Origin: Macrostomum lignano | Taxonomy: Eukaryota | DNA length: 64,000 nt | Direction of reading: 5' to 3' | NCBI GenBank assembly: GCA_002269645.1 | Contig: NIVC01003954.1 | Span: 3,863 to 67,862, forward strand | Part shown: in pieces, positions 11,711 through 25,808 of the stretch | Layout: every line of letters starts with the position of its first letter | Numbering within the stretch: the stretch's first letter is position 1 | Notes under the pieces: generated by a model | The model's input: only the letters and a program-made list of their open reading frames with translations | The model's database searches: none | What the model was told of the DNA's origin: nothing | Position numbers and translations under genes: made by a program

Positions 11711-12506
11711 AGCCTGACATCTGCATAAGTTTGTGAAGTGCTAGTAGTATTTTTTAGCTTAGTATCTTAGCATTGGGGAGCCAAAAATGCAGTACAAGTT
11801 TTGTAATAAACTACATGTAGCATCTAATAGCCTACTGAGTTAGTAAAAAGCTAAGCACCTGTGATGCAACAGTCACCTCTTCATTGCATTTGATGCATTA
11901 AAGTTGTTAAAAAGTCACTAGAGTTGCCTTAGACATGTTAGAGTCACTAGAGCATGGTTTGCAACAACTCTCTAGTGACTCTTATCATGGTATCATTTTC
12001 AACAGGATGGCCAAAATAATTGTGGCATTTAATCAAAATTTGGTTCTTATCTTTTTTTCTAAAAAAATATTGTTCCATTTTTTTGTTCCATTTGTTCCAT
12101 TGTTCCATTATTGTCTAATTATTGTTAGACATTTATTATTTGTTTTGGCTTTAGCTTATTATCCTTTTGCCCTAGTATAAAAAATAGCTTTCTATATTAG
12201 AATTTAATGATCATTTGATAAACTATATAACCTTACCTTTGGCCTTGGCCTTGAAATGGCACAATGACCTATAAGGGTCAAAATGCATTGGCAATAAAAA
12301 ATAAAAAAACAAGTTAATTTTTGTTCTCTCCTTCGTGACCAGTGCCATTTCAGGGGTTAGTGCATATATTCACATAATTATCATGTATGATATATTTTAT
12401 TGACAAATTTTTAATTTCATGGTATTTTACTTTTTCTTATATATGAGGTTTCACTAAACTAGACAAGAATAGCCTTAATTGTTAAAAATATGTCAATTTT
12501 GATGCC

Positions 12507-12707
12507 ATGCAAACAGCGCGCCAGTGCCAATTCAAGCTTGTGTTGCTGGGCGAATCGGCGGTTGGCAAATCGTCTCTAGTGCTCAGATTTGTCAAGGGCC
12601 AGTTTCACGAGTATCAGGAGTCAACCATCGGGGCGGCATTTCTTACACAGACGGTTGTAGTTGACGATGTTACAGTGAAGTTTGAGATTTGGGACACGGC
12701 TGGTCAA
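12507..12707 (+). CDS. Rab5: Rab5 GTPase, coding exon 1
   Basis: [41 protein letters not shown]...WDTAGQ; phase-0 donor GTAAGT at 12708. Confidence 0.95.
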
Positions 12708-12790
12708 GTAAGTTTTTTTTAGTTTTTTATTTCATTCTTCCAATGTTAATTTTCATTTCTACGTTTTATAAATTCCTAAATCTGTTTCGT

Positions 12791-14616
12791 CCCATCAAGA
12801 TCTCCCTGAATCCCATCAAGATCTCCCTGAATCCCATCAAGATCTCCCTGAATCCCCTCAAGATCTCCCGGAATCCCCTCAAGATCTCCCTGAATCCCCT
12901 CAAGATCTCCCGGAATCCCCTCAAGATCTTCCGGAATCCCCTCAAGATCTCCCTGAATCCCCTCAAGATCTCCCGGAATCCCCTCAAGATCTTCCGGAAT
13001 CCCCTCAAGATCTCCCTGAATCCCCTCAAGATCTCCCTGAATCCCATCAAGATCTCCCTGAATCCCATCAAGATCTCCTGAATCCCATCAAGATCTCCCT
13101 GAATCCCATCAAGATCTCCCTGAATCCCATCAAGATCTCCTGAATCCCATCAAGATCTCCCTGAATCCCCTCAAGATCTCCCTGAATCCCATCAAGATCT
13201 CCCTGAATCCCATCAAGATCTCCTGAATCCCATCAAGATCTCCCTGAATCCCATCAAGATCTCCCTGAATCCAATCAAGATCTCCCTGAATCCCATCAAG
13301 ATCTCCCGGAATCCCATCAAGATCTCCCTGAATCCCCTCAAGATCTCCCGGAATCCCGTCACGATCTCCCTGAATGACCCCAAGATCTCCCTGAATGACC
13401 CTAAGATCTCCCTGAATCCCATCAAGATCTCCCTGAATCCCATCAAGATCTCCCGGAATCCCATCAAGATCTCCCTGAATCCCCTCAAGATCTCCCGGAA
13501 TCCCCTCAAGATCTCCCTGAATCCCCTCAAGATCTCCCGGAATCCCGTCACGATCTCCCTGAATGACCCCAAGATCTCCCTGAATGACCCTAAGATCTCC
13601 CTGAATCCCATCAAGATCTCCCTGAATCCCAGTCAAGATCTCCCTGAATGACCCCAAGATCTCCCTGAATGACGCCAAGATCTCCCTGAATAACGCCAAG
13701 ATCTCCCTGAATCCAATCAAGATCTCCCTGAATAACGCCAAGATCTCCCTGAATCCAATCAAGATCTCCCCGAATCACGCCAAGATCTCCCTGAATCCAA
13801 TCAAGATCTCCCGGAATCCCATCAAGATCTCCCGGAATCCCGTCACGATCTCCCTGAATCCCATCAAGATCTCCCTGAATCCCATCAAGATCTCCCTGAA
13901 TCCAATCAAGATCTCCCCGAATCACGCCAAGATCTCCCTGAATCCAATCAAGATCTCCCTGAATCCCATCAAGATCTCCCTGAATCACACCAAGATCTCC
14001 CTGAATCCCATCAAGATCTCCCTGAATCCCATCAAGATCTCCCTGAATCCAATCAAGATCTCCCTGAATCCCATCAAGATCTCCCTGAATCCCATCAAGA
14101 TCTCCCTGAATCCCAGTCAAGATCTCCCTGAATGACCCCAAGATCTCCCTGAATCCAATCAAGATCTCCCTGAATCACGCCAAGATCTCCCTGAATCCAA
14201 TCAAGATCTCCCTGAATCCAGTCAAGATCTCCCTGAATGACGCCAAGATCTCCCTGAATCCAATCAAGATCTCCCTGAATCCAGTCAAGTTCTCCCTGAA
14301 TCACGTCAAGATCTTCCTGAATCAAATCAAGATCTCCCTGAATCCCATCAAGATCTCCCTGAATCCCATCAAGATCTCCCTGAATCCAGTCAAGTTCTCC
14401 CTGAATCCAATCAAGATCTCCCCGAATCACGCCAAGATCTCCCTGAATCCAATCAAGATCTCTCGGAATCCCATCAAGATCTCCCGGAATCCCGTCACGA
14501 TCTCCCTGAATCCCATCAAGATCTCCCTGAATCCCATCAAGATCTCCCTGAATCCAATCAAGATCTCCCCGAATCACGCCAAGATCTCCCTGAATCAAAT
14601 CAAGATCTCCCTGAAT
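12791..14616. repeat. 21-bp minisatellite (AAGATCTCCCTGAATCCCATC)n filling the Rab5 intron
   Basis: Directly visible tandem units. It explains all the GFREIL/IQGDLD ORFs. Confidence 0.95.
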
Positions 14617-14798
14617 GTTCAGATCATGAATCTTTAGTAGAGCTTCCTGAATCCTAAAAAGCCTTTCCAAATACTCATATAGATGACTCAAAATCTAAAT
14701 GAGATCTTCCGAAATCCCCATAAAATCTCCAATGGGAGCCACCAGATTTACACAATCGCCCAACTCACACCGGAGTGACATGAACACCCACCCCGCAG

Positions 14799-15230
14799 GA
14801 GCGGTACCACTCGCTGGCTCCAATGTACTACCGAGGCGCCCAAGCGGCCATTGTAGTGTACGACGTGACCAGCTCCGATTCGTTTCAACGAGCCAAATCT
14901 TGGATTCGCGAGCTGAACGAAAAAGCCACCGCGGTAAAGGTAGTCGCTTTAGCCGGCAACAAAGTCGATCTTCAACAGCAGCGGCTGGTCGACTTAACTG
15001 AGGCTCAGCAGTTCGCCGACGACAAAGGCTTGATCTTCATGGAGACCAGTGCCAAGACGGCTATGAATGTCAACGATCTGTTTCTGTCTGTTGCTAAGCG
15101 GCTGGCTCAACTGGGCGACGCGGCTGGCGGCATCGGCGGCGGCGCCGGAGGTGGCGCTAGCGGCGGCCAGCGGCTGCAGCAGGGCGGCGGCTCCGGCGAC
15201 TCCGGGCGCGGGTCGTCCTGCTGCAAATAA
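14799..15230 (+). CDS. Rab5: Rab5 GTPase, coding exon 2
   Basis: Acceptor ccccgcag then [22 protein letters not shown]...GNKVD...ETSAK, ending in the prenylation-type motif CCK*. Spliced product is about 210 aa. Confidence 0.95.
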   Translation, partial: ERYHSLAPMYYRGAQAAIVVYDVTSSDSFQRAKSWIRELNEKATAVKVVALAGNKVDLQQQRLVDLTEAQQFADDKGLIFMETSAKTAMNVNDLFLSVAKRLAQLGDAAGGIGGGAGGGASGGQRLQQGGGSGDSGRGSSCCK

Positions 15231-17760
15231 TCGACTTCTATACTGACTTAACTGACCCACACTGTTCACAAACTTTGTGTTCGAGGCACAGTGACACAGG
15301 CAGATTTCATAAGCAAAAATAGAACGGCAAATTCTTTAATTAATTAATAATGTGCTTGCAGGGTTTTATTTATTAAGTTAGATTTATAAAGAAAAATGAT
15401 GTATTCGGACATATTTGCACTTTTTTTAGTTAAAAGTGTCGTCTGTCCATGTTTCTGGGGGCTTCACTCCAGCGCGAGATCTCTTCTCTGTCTGTCTCTA
15501 TCGCTCTCAGTGCGTTTTTTGCTTTCTTGAAATATGTGAAAGTATACGAATATAATCATCTACGTTTAGTAAGCACCTGTCGTGTTCGTATTCAGTATAT
15601 TTTGTTATCTTTTTTTCCTGTGTTTCTTTCTTATCCAGTCTACAGCCGCTTATAATAATGATAACTGATATTGGTGTCACTTTTCTTCACATATTTACAT
15701 TCTTTTGTAAAATGAGATTTACTACTACTTTCTAACCATTCAGTAGCGAGTAAATATATAGCAGTTACTTTTTGGAGGAAGGCGCGAAGTTGGGCTTCTT
15801 TCTAAACGAGAGAATCGCGAGACAAGTTTTACGAAACAAGTGCTAGATCAAATGTACATTGCCCACGCCCGGCAGGCAGTGTACATTTTAGCTTGGCCCA
15901 GTGGGGGGGGGGTTGGGCAATAAATCGGGGCGCGGGGTTTGTATGGAAGAAAAGCGCACGAACAGATAAGGGAGAGGGCAATAAAGAAAATTAGCTGACA
16001 GGAATCACGTGACGTGAACTAATGTACATTGCAGTGTACATTTAATCCTTGCCCAACGCGGGGGTAAGGTTGGATATGAAAACAATGTTTAATGCTACTA
16101 AATTGTTAAGTAGCTTAAACGAACAAAGTTAATTTAATTATAAATTGGGTGTTTTTCTTTACGATTCTGCTAAACTAATATTAATTACAAATTAAATCTT
16201 CTCGTTAATAATTGCATTGATTTCAGAGCAAATTTTTCCTGTCCTCAATGATGCTAATATCTGTTTAAATTTGTCTTTTCTGTTGCTTTCGGCTTTCCTG
16301 CTTCTGTTGGCAACACATTAAGATAAAATATATGAAGTTTGCTTACACTACTGCTTTCCTATTGTTAGTAGTTGCTTTTGCTTAACGTCCCTCTTTCACT
16401 TCTTAATCTAAATTCTTCAAGGTAGATAGTACGAATGGAAATAAGCGCGCCATACCACTTATTATTAAAGTTGGTAAGAAGAGTGTTTAGCACATGCACT
16501 GTTCATTTTATGTAGATATTGAAAATTGCAATTCTTTTGTAAAAAAAATCACTAAATTCTAACCATAACAATGACATTGCGAGACTAATATTTTTACTAA
16601 CAAGAACTCGCACGCGTGCTTACGTTCTGGTCTGCTTTTTTCTACCTCTCTCTCTAAATTCTTTCTTCATCTTAGTCTCAACTTGAACTCTCTCTCAGTC
16701 TCTGCTTCTGTTTATGTAGATTCTTCAGATGCTTGCCCTGGGGTACAACTCATTGTTGTTGGAGCTAAAATGTTAGACACTTTTGGTGTACTTATAGTAG
16801 TATATTTCTAGTTTAGTAGTGTAGACCTGCTTTTCGTTTTTTTGTCCCACCTTTTGTTTTCCTGTCTGCCTGTCTCCTGTTCACTATTCAGTATATAATA
16901 TAAGAAATTGAAATTTATTATTTTTACTACACATATTACTCTCAATACTGTGTTCGTTCATTTATTGCCATCTGCCCCTCTGCACAGTAAACTCGACCAG
17001 ATGCTTGTACAAATTTTCAGTCGCTGCAGTCGGAAAGGAAGATAAAGTGTCGCGTTCGAGATTTAACCTTTATTGTTGGCGTTATCAGTGATTGAAATTA
17101 GCTTCAATTAGAAATTAGTGATTGAAATTGAAATAGGGCAAATCCCGAGCTGTTTAATCCTCAGTTTATGTTTTTTCTTCCTACGAGCGTACAAATATAT
17201 AATTAATATTTCTACGTGTTACATATGCAGTAATATTAATACAAAGTAACAGTTAATATTATATTACTACTATTAATACACGATGGCATGAGGCATGGCA
17301 GAAATTTTCTCCTGTGAAGTCTGCTATCTGCAGGCTTATAATTGCATATATATTCTATTATTAATAAATATACATTATATTATGCATATATTCATCCAAA
17401 CAATTACGAAGCTTTGTTGTGTCTTTGAAATGTGCTTCTTTTTACTCTCTTTTGTGGTTGTGTGCATCGATAGGTGGTTTAATAAGCGCAGCTATAAATA
17501 TGACATCTTCTAAAAGAGAGAAGTTGGCGGAAATTGCTTTAGGAAAACTTTGCGATAACCTATACTCAATGCGGCCCTTTTTGGCTCCCACTACGCTTAA
17601 ATACTGTACGAGGCGTTTATTGGGTTGGCCTAAATTAAGTACTTTGTATTATTCCTATCGAAGTCAAAGTCCTATCGTTAGTGCCACTTTTAAAATATTT
17701 GGGTGCCAGAGCGAGGACGGCGCACTAGCCAAGGCAATGCAAAAGATGCAGGACGCCCGG

Positions 17761-18080
17761 GCGGTCATCGAGTGCCACTTTTCAAATCTATGGGTGCCAT
17801 TTTGAGAGGTCATGGAGTGCCATTTTTTCAAATCTATGGGTGCCAGAGCGGTCATCGAGTGCCACTTTTCAAATCTATGGATGCCATTTTGAGCGGTCAT
17901 CGACTGCCGCTTCAAATTTATAAATGCCATTTTTTGTAGTCATTGAGTGCGACTTTTTTAATCTATGGATGCCCTTTTGTGCGGTCAAGTGCCACTTCAA
18001 ATCTGCATGTACAGTATGAGTGCCATTTTGAGCGGTCATCGAGTGCCACTTTTCAACTCTGTGCATGAAGGTGCCATTTT
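17761..18080. repeat. ~43-45-bp tandem repeat (GCGGTCATCGAGTGCCACTTTTCAAATCTATGG...)
   Basis: About 7 degenerate units. Confidence 0.8.
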
Positions 18081-18454
18081 GAAAGGTAATCTAGTGCCAC
18101 TTTACACTTTTGGTTAGATCCAGATAGGCCTGATGCGAGGCGTTTATTTCTGTTTCGGTGCATCGACATCAAATGGCTTCTTTCGCTCTGCTGAACTCTG
18201 CAGTGCGTCCACTGATTGCAGCTCACAATGTAACTGATTATGATTATTACTGCCGCATCAAGGATGCACTCTAATTAACGGTTATCGGAAATCACTGACC
18301 GAACTGAGCTGTGGTTGGAGGGCACTGTAAAGACAGGTGAAGTGAGAATTGGCAATGCGCATGTACATTTACATGTACATTCAGGTGGGAGCAATAAGAC
18401 CGGCGCTCAATGCTACTTCCTTTCTGATCTTTAAGTATGATAAACTTGACCTGG

Positions 18455-19157
18455 ATCCCTGACCACCTGACCCAGATGTCTCTTAGATCCCTGACCACCT
18501 GGACCCAGATGTCTCTTAGATCCTTGATCACCTGGACCCAGATGTCTCTTAGATCCTTGATCACCTGACCCAGATGTCTCTTAGATCCTTGATCACCTGG
18601 ACCCAGATGTCTCTTAGATCCTTGATCACCTGGACCCAGATGTCTCTTAGATCCTTGATCACCTGGACCCAGATGTCTCTTAGATCCTTGATCACCTGAC
18701 CCAGATGTCTCTTAGATCCTTGATCACCTGGACCCAGATGTCTCTTAGATCCTTGATCACCTGACCCAGATGTCTCTTAGATCCTTGATCACCTGGACCC
18801 AGATGTCTCTTAGATCCTTGATCACCTGAGCCAGATGTCTCTTAGATCCTTGATCACCTGAGCCAGATGTCTCTTAGATCCTTGATCACCTGACCCAGAT
18901 GTCTCTTAGATCCTTGATCACCTGACCCAGATGTCTCTTAGATCCTTGATCACCTGACCCAGATGTCTCTTAGATCCTTGATCACCTGGACCCAGATGTC
19001 TCTTAGATCCTTGATCACCTGACCCAGATGTCTCTTAGATCCTTGATCACCTGGACCCAGATGTCTCTTAGATCCTTGATCACCTGAGCCAGATGTCTCT
19101 TAGCTCCTTGACCACCTGACCCAGATGTCTCAAATCCTTGACCACCTGACCCAGATG
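18455..19157. repeat. 32-33-bp minisatellite (CCCAGATGTCTCTTAGATCCTTGATCACCTG[G]A)n
   Basis: About 21 near-identical units. Confidence 0.95.
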
Positions 19158-19716
19158 GCCCCAAAACACATTGAGTCTGTTGCAAAATGCAAACTCCTAA
19201 ATTAATTTATAAGCAATATAGAATTAAATATTAGATTACCTGGCATAAAAAAGTACATTGTTACTGCCTTGAAGGGAGGGAGGCACTTCATTATCTCGCT
19301 TCGCTGCGCCATCCTATCGAGTGTCCGTTGGTTGTGGTTTTTTTCCTTCAATTAACCTCACAAGCTCGGCTTGTTTTGCATAAAGTCCCTGAGACAGAGA
19401 AAATTGAGTTAAGCCACGCGATTGAGAATTGCGATGTTGAGATATATGTAACTTTATCAAATTCAAAAGGTTTGAGTCGGCTGATTGTCTATTGAATTAG
19501 GGGGGGGGGGGCTTTGATTGTGAAATTTTTCCCGCTACCTGGGTAGAAGAGAATCTTTAAGCGACTATAGAGAATGAGATGGAGTGACTGAGACAGCTGT
19601 AAACATTTATTTAAGTCGCAATGTACTTTAAATAATGAGATAATGGTATTTAGTGCATGCAATGGGAAATACTAGTTTGGTGCGAAATGTGCAAGGTAAG
19701 ACTGGGAAAATTAGTG

Positions 19717-20575
19717 AGGGAGAGTGAGGGAGAGAGGGGGGAGAGGGGGAGAGGGGGAGAGTGAGTGAGGAAGAGGGGTGAGTGGGAGAGAGGGTGAGTG
19801 AGTAAGAGAGGGGTGAGTGAGGGAGAGAGGGTGAGTGAGGGAGAGAGGGTGAGTGAGGGAGAGAGGGTGAGTGAGGGAGAGAGGGGTGAGTGAGGGAGAG
19901 AGGGTGAGTGAGGGAGAGGGGGGTGAGTGAGAGAGAGGGGGTGAGTGAGAGAGAGGGGGTGAGTGAGGGAGAGAGGGGTGAGTGAGAGAGAGAGGGGGAG
20001 AGGGGAAAAGGAGGACAGGGGGAGTGAGGGAGAGAGGGTGAGTGAGGGAGAGAGGGGGTGAGTGAGGGAGAGAGGGAGAGAGGGGGAGAGGGGAAGAGGG
20101 AGTGAGGGAGAGAAGGGTGAGTGGGAGAGAGGGTGAGTGAGGGAGAGAGGAGTGAGTGAGGGAGATCAGAGGGGTGAGTGGGAGAGGGGGTGAGTGAGGG
20201 AGAGAGGGGGAGAGGGGAAAAGGAGGAGAGGGGTGAGTGAGGGAGAGAGGGGGAGAGGGGAAAAGGAGGAGAGGGGTGAGTGAGGGAGAGAGGGTGAGTG
20301 AGGGAGAGAGGGTGAGTGAGGGAGAGAGGGGTAGAGGGGAAAAGGAGGAGAGGGGTGAGTGAGGAAGAGAGGGGTGAGTGAGGGAGAGAGGGTGAGTGAG
20401 GGAGAGGGGGTGAGTGAGGGAGAGAGGGGGAGAGGGGAAAAGGAGGAGAGGGGTGAGTGAGGAAGAGAGGGGTGAGTGAGGGAGAGGGGGTGAGTGAGGG
20501 AGAGGGGGTGAGTGAGGGAGAGGGGGTGAGTGAGTGAGAGAGGGGGATAGGGTGAGAGGAGTGAATGGGAGAGAG
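19717..20575. repeat. Purine-rich low-complexity array (GGGTGAGTGAGGGAGAGA-like)
   Basis: Visible. Confidence 0.9.
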
Positions 20576-20915
20576 GAATGGAGGACTTTCTAGTTAGACT
20601 TAAGTTAGAACTAATTAGACTTTCTAATGGTCAGGCATGTACACACTTTATGCCTTGGGGGCTGGCCCTCATGGCTGCGAATAGCTCGACAACCCCCAAA
20701 AGAATGTCGCGAGAGCCAGACACGTTTACCCATGAACGCAAAAGCATTGGATACTCTCCATCTCTAATTGGCCAGTTGAGCACCAACCAATGAGAGTGGC
20801 TTGTCATCATTTGAAAATTGACTCAAGCCAAGTTGTATCTTGTATCTTGCCTGCAGTAGCAGCCCGCGTTGTCGTCAGTTCAGCAAGAGGTTTAGCTTTG
20901 CCTATTGCTAACTCA

Positions 20916-21304
20916 ATGACGGGTTTGTTGTTGCAGCTGTGTTTCTTGTTGCTATGCCAACACGCGCCAGTCGGTCGCTGCCTGCTTCATCGGAGCTGCA
21001 CCAACCGACTCAGTCTGTACGTTGTGGTACCCAGGTGCACGGCTTACTATGTGAATGCGGCCCTGATTGACCCGGCTTACCGGCTGGGCTGGCGGGCGGT
21101 GCAGAGACGCCAGTCCGAGTTCCATCCGCTGCTTACTGGCTCCGGTGACAGAGCGGTCAGCCACCAGTTCATCTACGAGGATGTCAAATGGTACGAGAAA
21201 GTCCTGGAGGGTGTGACAGACGGTTCAGCGACTGATGTGGAGACGGTGGACCCATACTACCTCAACTACAGGATGAACGCCTACTTCTATAATGTTTCCG
21301 TTGG
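20916..21304 (+). CDS. Receptor guanylyl cyclase variable cassette V1, exon a (signal peptide plus start of ANF-receptor-like domain)
   Basis: MTGLLLQLCFLLLC hydrophobic leader; LSLYVVVP...IDPAYRLG...FIYED resembles the NPR N-terminus; phase-2 donor GG|GTGAGT. Confidence 0.7.
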
Positions 21305-21334
21305 GTGAGTCTTGCGTTCGTTTTATGCGGGGCA

Positions 21335-21935
21335 ATGATGACGAGAGGAGGGGAGATGTGGGGAGAGGAGATGCGAGGAGAGGAGGAGAGAAGTGGAGAG
21401 AGGAGATGTGGGGAGAGGATATGTGGAAGAGGAGATGTGGGGGGGGAGAAGATGTGAGGAGAGGAGATGTGGGGAGAGGAGAGGAGATGTGGGGAGAGGA
21501 GAGGAGATGTGGGAAGAGGAGAGGAGATGTGGGAAGAGGAGAGGAGATGTGGGGAGAGGAGATGTGGGGAGAGGAGATGTGGGAAGAGGAGATGTGGGAA
21601 GAGGAGAGAAGATGTGGGGAGAGGAGAGATGTGGGGAGAGGAGATGTGGGGAGAGGAGATGTGGGGAGAGGAGATGTGGAGAGAGGAGAGGAGATGTGGG
21701 GAGAGGAGAGGAGATGTGGGAAGAGGAGATGTGGGAAGAGGAGATGTGGGGAGAGGAGAAGAGATGTGTGGAGAGGAGGAGAGATGTCGGGAGAAGAGAG
21801 AAGTGGGAGGAGGGGAGATGGGAGAGGAGAGGAGATGTGAGGAGACGAGGAGGAGAACTGGGGAGAGGAGAGGAGAAGAGGGTGGTGTGGGGAGAGGAGG
21901 AGAGAAGAGGACAGAGACAGGAGAGGACAGAGGTA
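21335..21935. repeat. Purine-rich repeat (GAGGAGATGTGGGGA-like)
   Basis: Visible. Confidence 0.85.
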
Positions 21936-22287
21936 GGTGAGCAGAGATACTGAGCCTGGAACTGTGGAGCTGAGTGGGGGGGACTGTAGAAGCCCAGCTG
22001 AGAAACCAGCAGGGATGATCATCAACTCAATGTGCTGAGAATCGAATAACGCACTTCTTTATATCCAAGCTTCTGGTGGAAGCACGTTGAGAGCAGCGAA
22101 TAAGAGCTCATTCCAGACCTCATCAGCCACCAGTCAAGTCCAGTCTGATTACTCAATAATTTATGTACGAGTAGCTTGTTGCATCGGCTGGCAACTCAAG
22201 AGTTAATAAATACACTATTATCAAACCCTTCCAGTTCATGTAGCTCCAGAGTTTGTGGGGAAAATCGGGGAAATGGGGAAAATAGTT

Positions 22288-22638
<351 letters not shown>

Positions 22639-23080
22639 AAATGAAAGGTTAGCCCGAGTTTTCGCAAGTGCATAGAAACGTCTGTGCAGGTGTTGGGCGG
22701 GAGCCTGCCTGCACCGGTGATCCAATTATCCCTTTGCTCGTAAAGGATACTTCGAGTCATTCCGAATGATGCGGCTGTCGCTTATGCGAGACGTTGAAAA
22801 TAATTAAAGACAGAAATTTAGCTTAAACTGCAGGCCGCGAAAATTGCGGCGGGGCATTTGGAGTTCTCAAGCTCTTATCCTGCTCTCATCTTCGGGAGAA
22901 CGGCTAACCAGGCTGCTGTGCTGTGGCATTCACGAAATTTTGCAGTTCATTTTTATCTTTTAAAAGTTCGATTAATTATGTTTTTGGATCATCTGTAAAG
23001 GTTCTAGTAGAAAGAAAAGTAAAGTGTACACTTTGTTGTTCTCTAAAAGCTAAAAGTCTAAAAGAATCCATCTAAAAGAA

Positions 23081-23275
23081 GGGATAGCCAAGTGGCTAGA
23101 GCATCGGACTCACGACTGAAAGGTCGGGAGTTCGACTCTCGACCAACTCGGAACAATTTGCGTCCTTGAGCAAGACACTTAACTCTGCATTGCTTCAGTT
23201 CACCCAGCTGTAAAATGGGTTTCAGCATTAGCTGGCGTAATTGAGGATGTGTGGTGACCCCCTCCCCTCCTTGAT
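23081..23275 (+). mobile_element. tRNA-derived SINE with CORE-like domain and (CAT)n tail
   Basis: A box TAGCCAAGTGG (23085) and B box GAGTTCGACTC (23128). CCTTGAGCAAGACACTTAAC...CTGTAAAATGGG resembles the MIR/CORE domain. Followed directly by an (ATC)n run. Confidence 0.75.
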
Positions 23276-23323
23276 CATCATCATCATCATCACCACCACC
23301 ATCATCACCATCATAATCATCAG

Positions 23324-23355
<32 letters not shown>

Positions 23356-23386
23356 CCACCACCATCATCACCATCATAATCATCAG

Positions 23387-23430
<44 letters not shown>

Positions 23431-23431
23431 G

Positions 23432-23467
<36 letters not shown>

Positions 23468-23520
23468 TATCATCTTCTTCTTTACCACCACCATCATCAT
23501 CATCATCAGAATCATCATCC

Positions 23521-23571
<51 letters not shown>

Positions 23572-23677
23572 GCATCATCATCACATCATCATCTTCATCA
23601 TCACCATCATCATCTTCATCATCATCGTCACCAACTTCATTATCATCATCACCAAAATCATCATCAGTATCATCATG
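23275..23677. repeat. (CAT)n trinucleotide run (expanded SINE tail)
   Basis: Visible; explains the poly-M and poly-I ORFs. Confidence 0.95.
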
Positions 23678-24589
23678 ATGTAGAGAGTAGAGTACTCGTA
23701 GGAAAAGAAATTATTAAGGCACAGAATGCTCATCCGAGTGTTTCTGTAGTGTTTGAGAAATATTTTTTGGAGAACTTCATAGGATAAAAATACGAAGCTC
23801 GAGTTTCTCTGTTGTCTCTCCAGAGCCGGGGTTTGGTTCTGTTTGAGAAGTCTCAGGTCATGTCCGTTGTGCTGATTTTTCAAGTTTGCATAATATCAAA
23901 TAAATATTGCTCCGTCCGCGTAAGTCGGCAAGCTTTCCTTATAGTCCGTCTTATTCTATTCCAAACTGCATTAACTTCAAACTTGGTTTGTGTGTGCGCG
24001 AGTGGCCGGTGCAGAGCACTTTCTTTGCTATTTCCTTGCCTCTCTCTCTCTCTCTCTGTGTGTGTGTGCTGTCTTCAAGTCAATAATTGTCTTCTCAAAT
24101 CAGAGAGAGAGAGAGAGAGAGAAGTTTTGCGTGACTTGCATCGTGTCTAAAGATGTATTTTGTTTCAATTTTGCTGCCGCAACTCGACTCTCACCTGATA
24201 AGTCATCGAAAAAACGAACGTACTGAAGTGTTAATCAAGTTAAGTCTTAATCAATGATTAATGTAAATTTTTTCCATTGACATTTAACTAGCCTGCATCA
24301 GACAGTTGACTGACGGCAACACGTTGCCGTGATTAACCAGTCCCGCAGTGAAGCCCCACGAGTGGCTCTCTTCTCTTTTGTGGGGCTTTCATACTCAGGC
24401 AGATTTTGCCCATGCTTCGGAATTTTCACTGTTGATTGTGTCCGTTAAAGCTCTTTTGTTGAGATTGAGGCCAAAGGAGGGGAGGGAGAGAGTGGAGAGA
24501 AGAGGGAGGAGAGAAGAAAGAAGAGAGAAGATAAGTGAGAGAAGAGAGAGGAGAAAAGAGAAGAGAGAGAGAGAGAGAGAGAAGAGAGG

Positions 24590-25590
24590 TCACGCCGTGT
24601 TTAACAAAATTTTTTAAATATGGGCTACCGGTTTCGAGCCTCTGGGCTCTTCGTCAGGCCAAAAATCTGTGTGTAATGCAATGCAAGTTGGTCTTTTAAG
24701 TATTATTTTTCTTAGTCTGATAAAATTGATGAGTAAGTTGTACATATGACGGATGTTCATTTAAAACCCTGTTTTGTCTAGCTCTAACTTGTGCCAGAGG
24801 CTTTTCACCATTCATTTCAATCGACAGTATATTTGTTATATAAAAAATGTTTTTTTTCGAAGTACTATACGATATGCGATACTATACGATTAGATGAAAT
24901 GCCGGTATTGAAGGTAGGAGCATAAAAATCGATATTTGTGCGTACAATCAAGCAGTTTGAATAAAATAAATGACACGTGAATAAATATTGGTTAAAATGA
25001 TTAAATGTTTCCTGGCTGAGACTTGAACTTATTGGAAGCCAGGAGGCTCTGTAAGTTACGTTGCCGTGTAAATGCGGGCAGTATGCGGGAGCCTGGTTTA
25101 TTTTGTAGCTTATCAAAGTTTTTAGCAATCTCGTTGGCAAGCCAGACCGTAGATGGGTGAAAAGGCAGGACCAGTGGGATGGGTCGGAGAAGATGATTGT
25201 CAACCCTGATGTTCGTACCTGGCGGTTTGTCAGTCCCCAGTTTTTTAATCCAGATTTCTTCCCTTAGTTCGATTTTGTTGTTATTAAGAACCTGTTCGAT
25301 AGCAATGGAGACAAAGTTTGCAATCGAGTGATTGGGGGGTGAGAAAGTGCTCTGACCCCGAAGTTACGACTCTCCTGTTAATATTTGACCTGTGCTGGTT
25401 CATTCTATCTCTCATTGTTCTTCTAGTCATCCCTACATAGAAGATTTTCCCAGGGTGGCACTGGTTGCAGGAGATGCCATAGATGATGTTCTTGGAGCCA
25501 CAGGACAGGCTCTGAGAGATTAAAAATCCGGAAGCCGGTCTCAGTCCCTGGGCAGAGAGAGCAGGCGGTGAGTGGGTGCAGCATTTTCAG
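24590..25590 (-). mobile_element. 5'-truncated Penelope-like element (GIY-YIG region plus 3' pLTR)
   Basis: Minus-strand translation KCCTH...CGSKNIIYGISCNQC...YVGMTRRTMRDRMNQH...EHF / EEIWIKKLGTDKPPGTN...IPLVLPF...RNLQSLL. One frameshift at a C6 run (~25334-25339). Confidence 0.85.
24623..24659 (-). ncRNA. Minimal hammerhead ribozyme
   Basis: Minus strand GGC-CTGACGA-A-GAGC(ccagag)GCTC-GAAA-CCGG-TA-GCC: stems I and II and the palindromic stem III are all intact. Confidence 0.85.
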
Positions 25591-25771
25591 CGAGAGAGAG
25601 AGAGGGAGAGAGAGAGAGAGAGGGAGAGAGAGAGAGAGAGGGAGAGAGAGAGAGAGGGAGAGAGAGAGAGAGGGAGAGAGAGAGAGAGGGAGAGAGGAGG
25701 GCACCTCCAATCTCGGGCACTGACACGGTAGAAAGTCAGAAAGGACTGAAAAAAGTCAATTTAAATTGAGT

Positions 25772-25808
25772 AGCCGATATTTCGAAATTAAATTTCTTCG
25801 TCAGGGCT
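25772..25808 (-). ncRNA. Minimal hammerhead ribozyme
   Basis: Minus strand AGCC-CTGACGA-A-GAAAT(tta)ATTTC-GAAA-TA-TC-GGCT. Confidence 0.8.

Noticed and set aside
12689-14691. Long repetitive ORFs (GFREIL, IQGDLD collagen-like)
   Set aside because: Translations of the 21-bp minisatellite inside the Rab5 intron, whose GT/AG boundaries restore a canonical Rab5
18455-19157. CRISPR-like regular 32-37-bp repeats (also 32071-32691)
   Set aside because: Head-to-tail units without unique spacers, no cas genes, eukaryotic context
23081-23150. tRNA gene
   Set aside because: A and B boxes are present but there is no proper acceptor stem, and it continues into a CORE-like body and tail, so it was called a SINE
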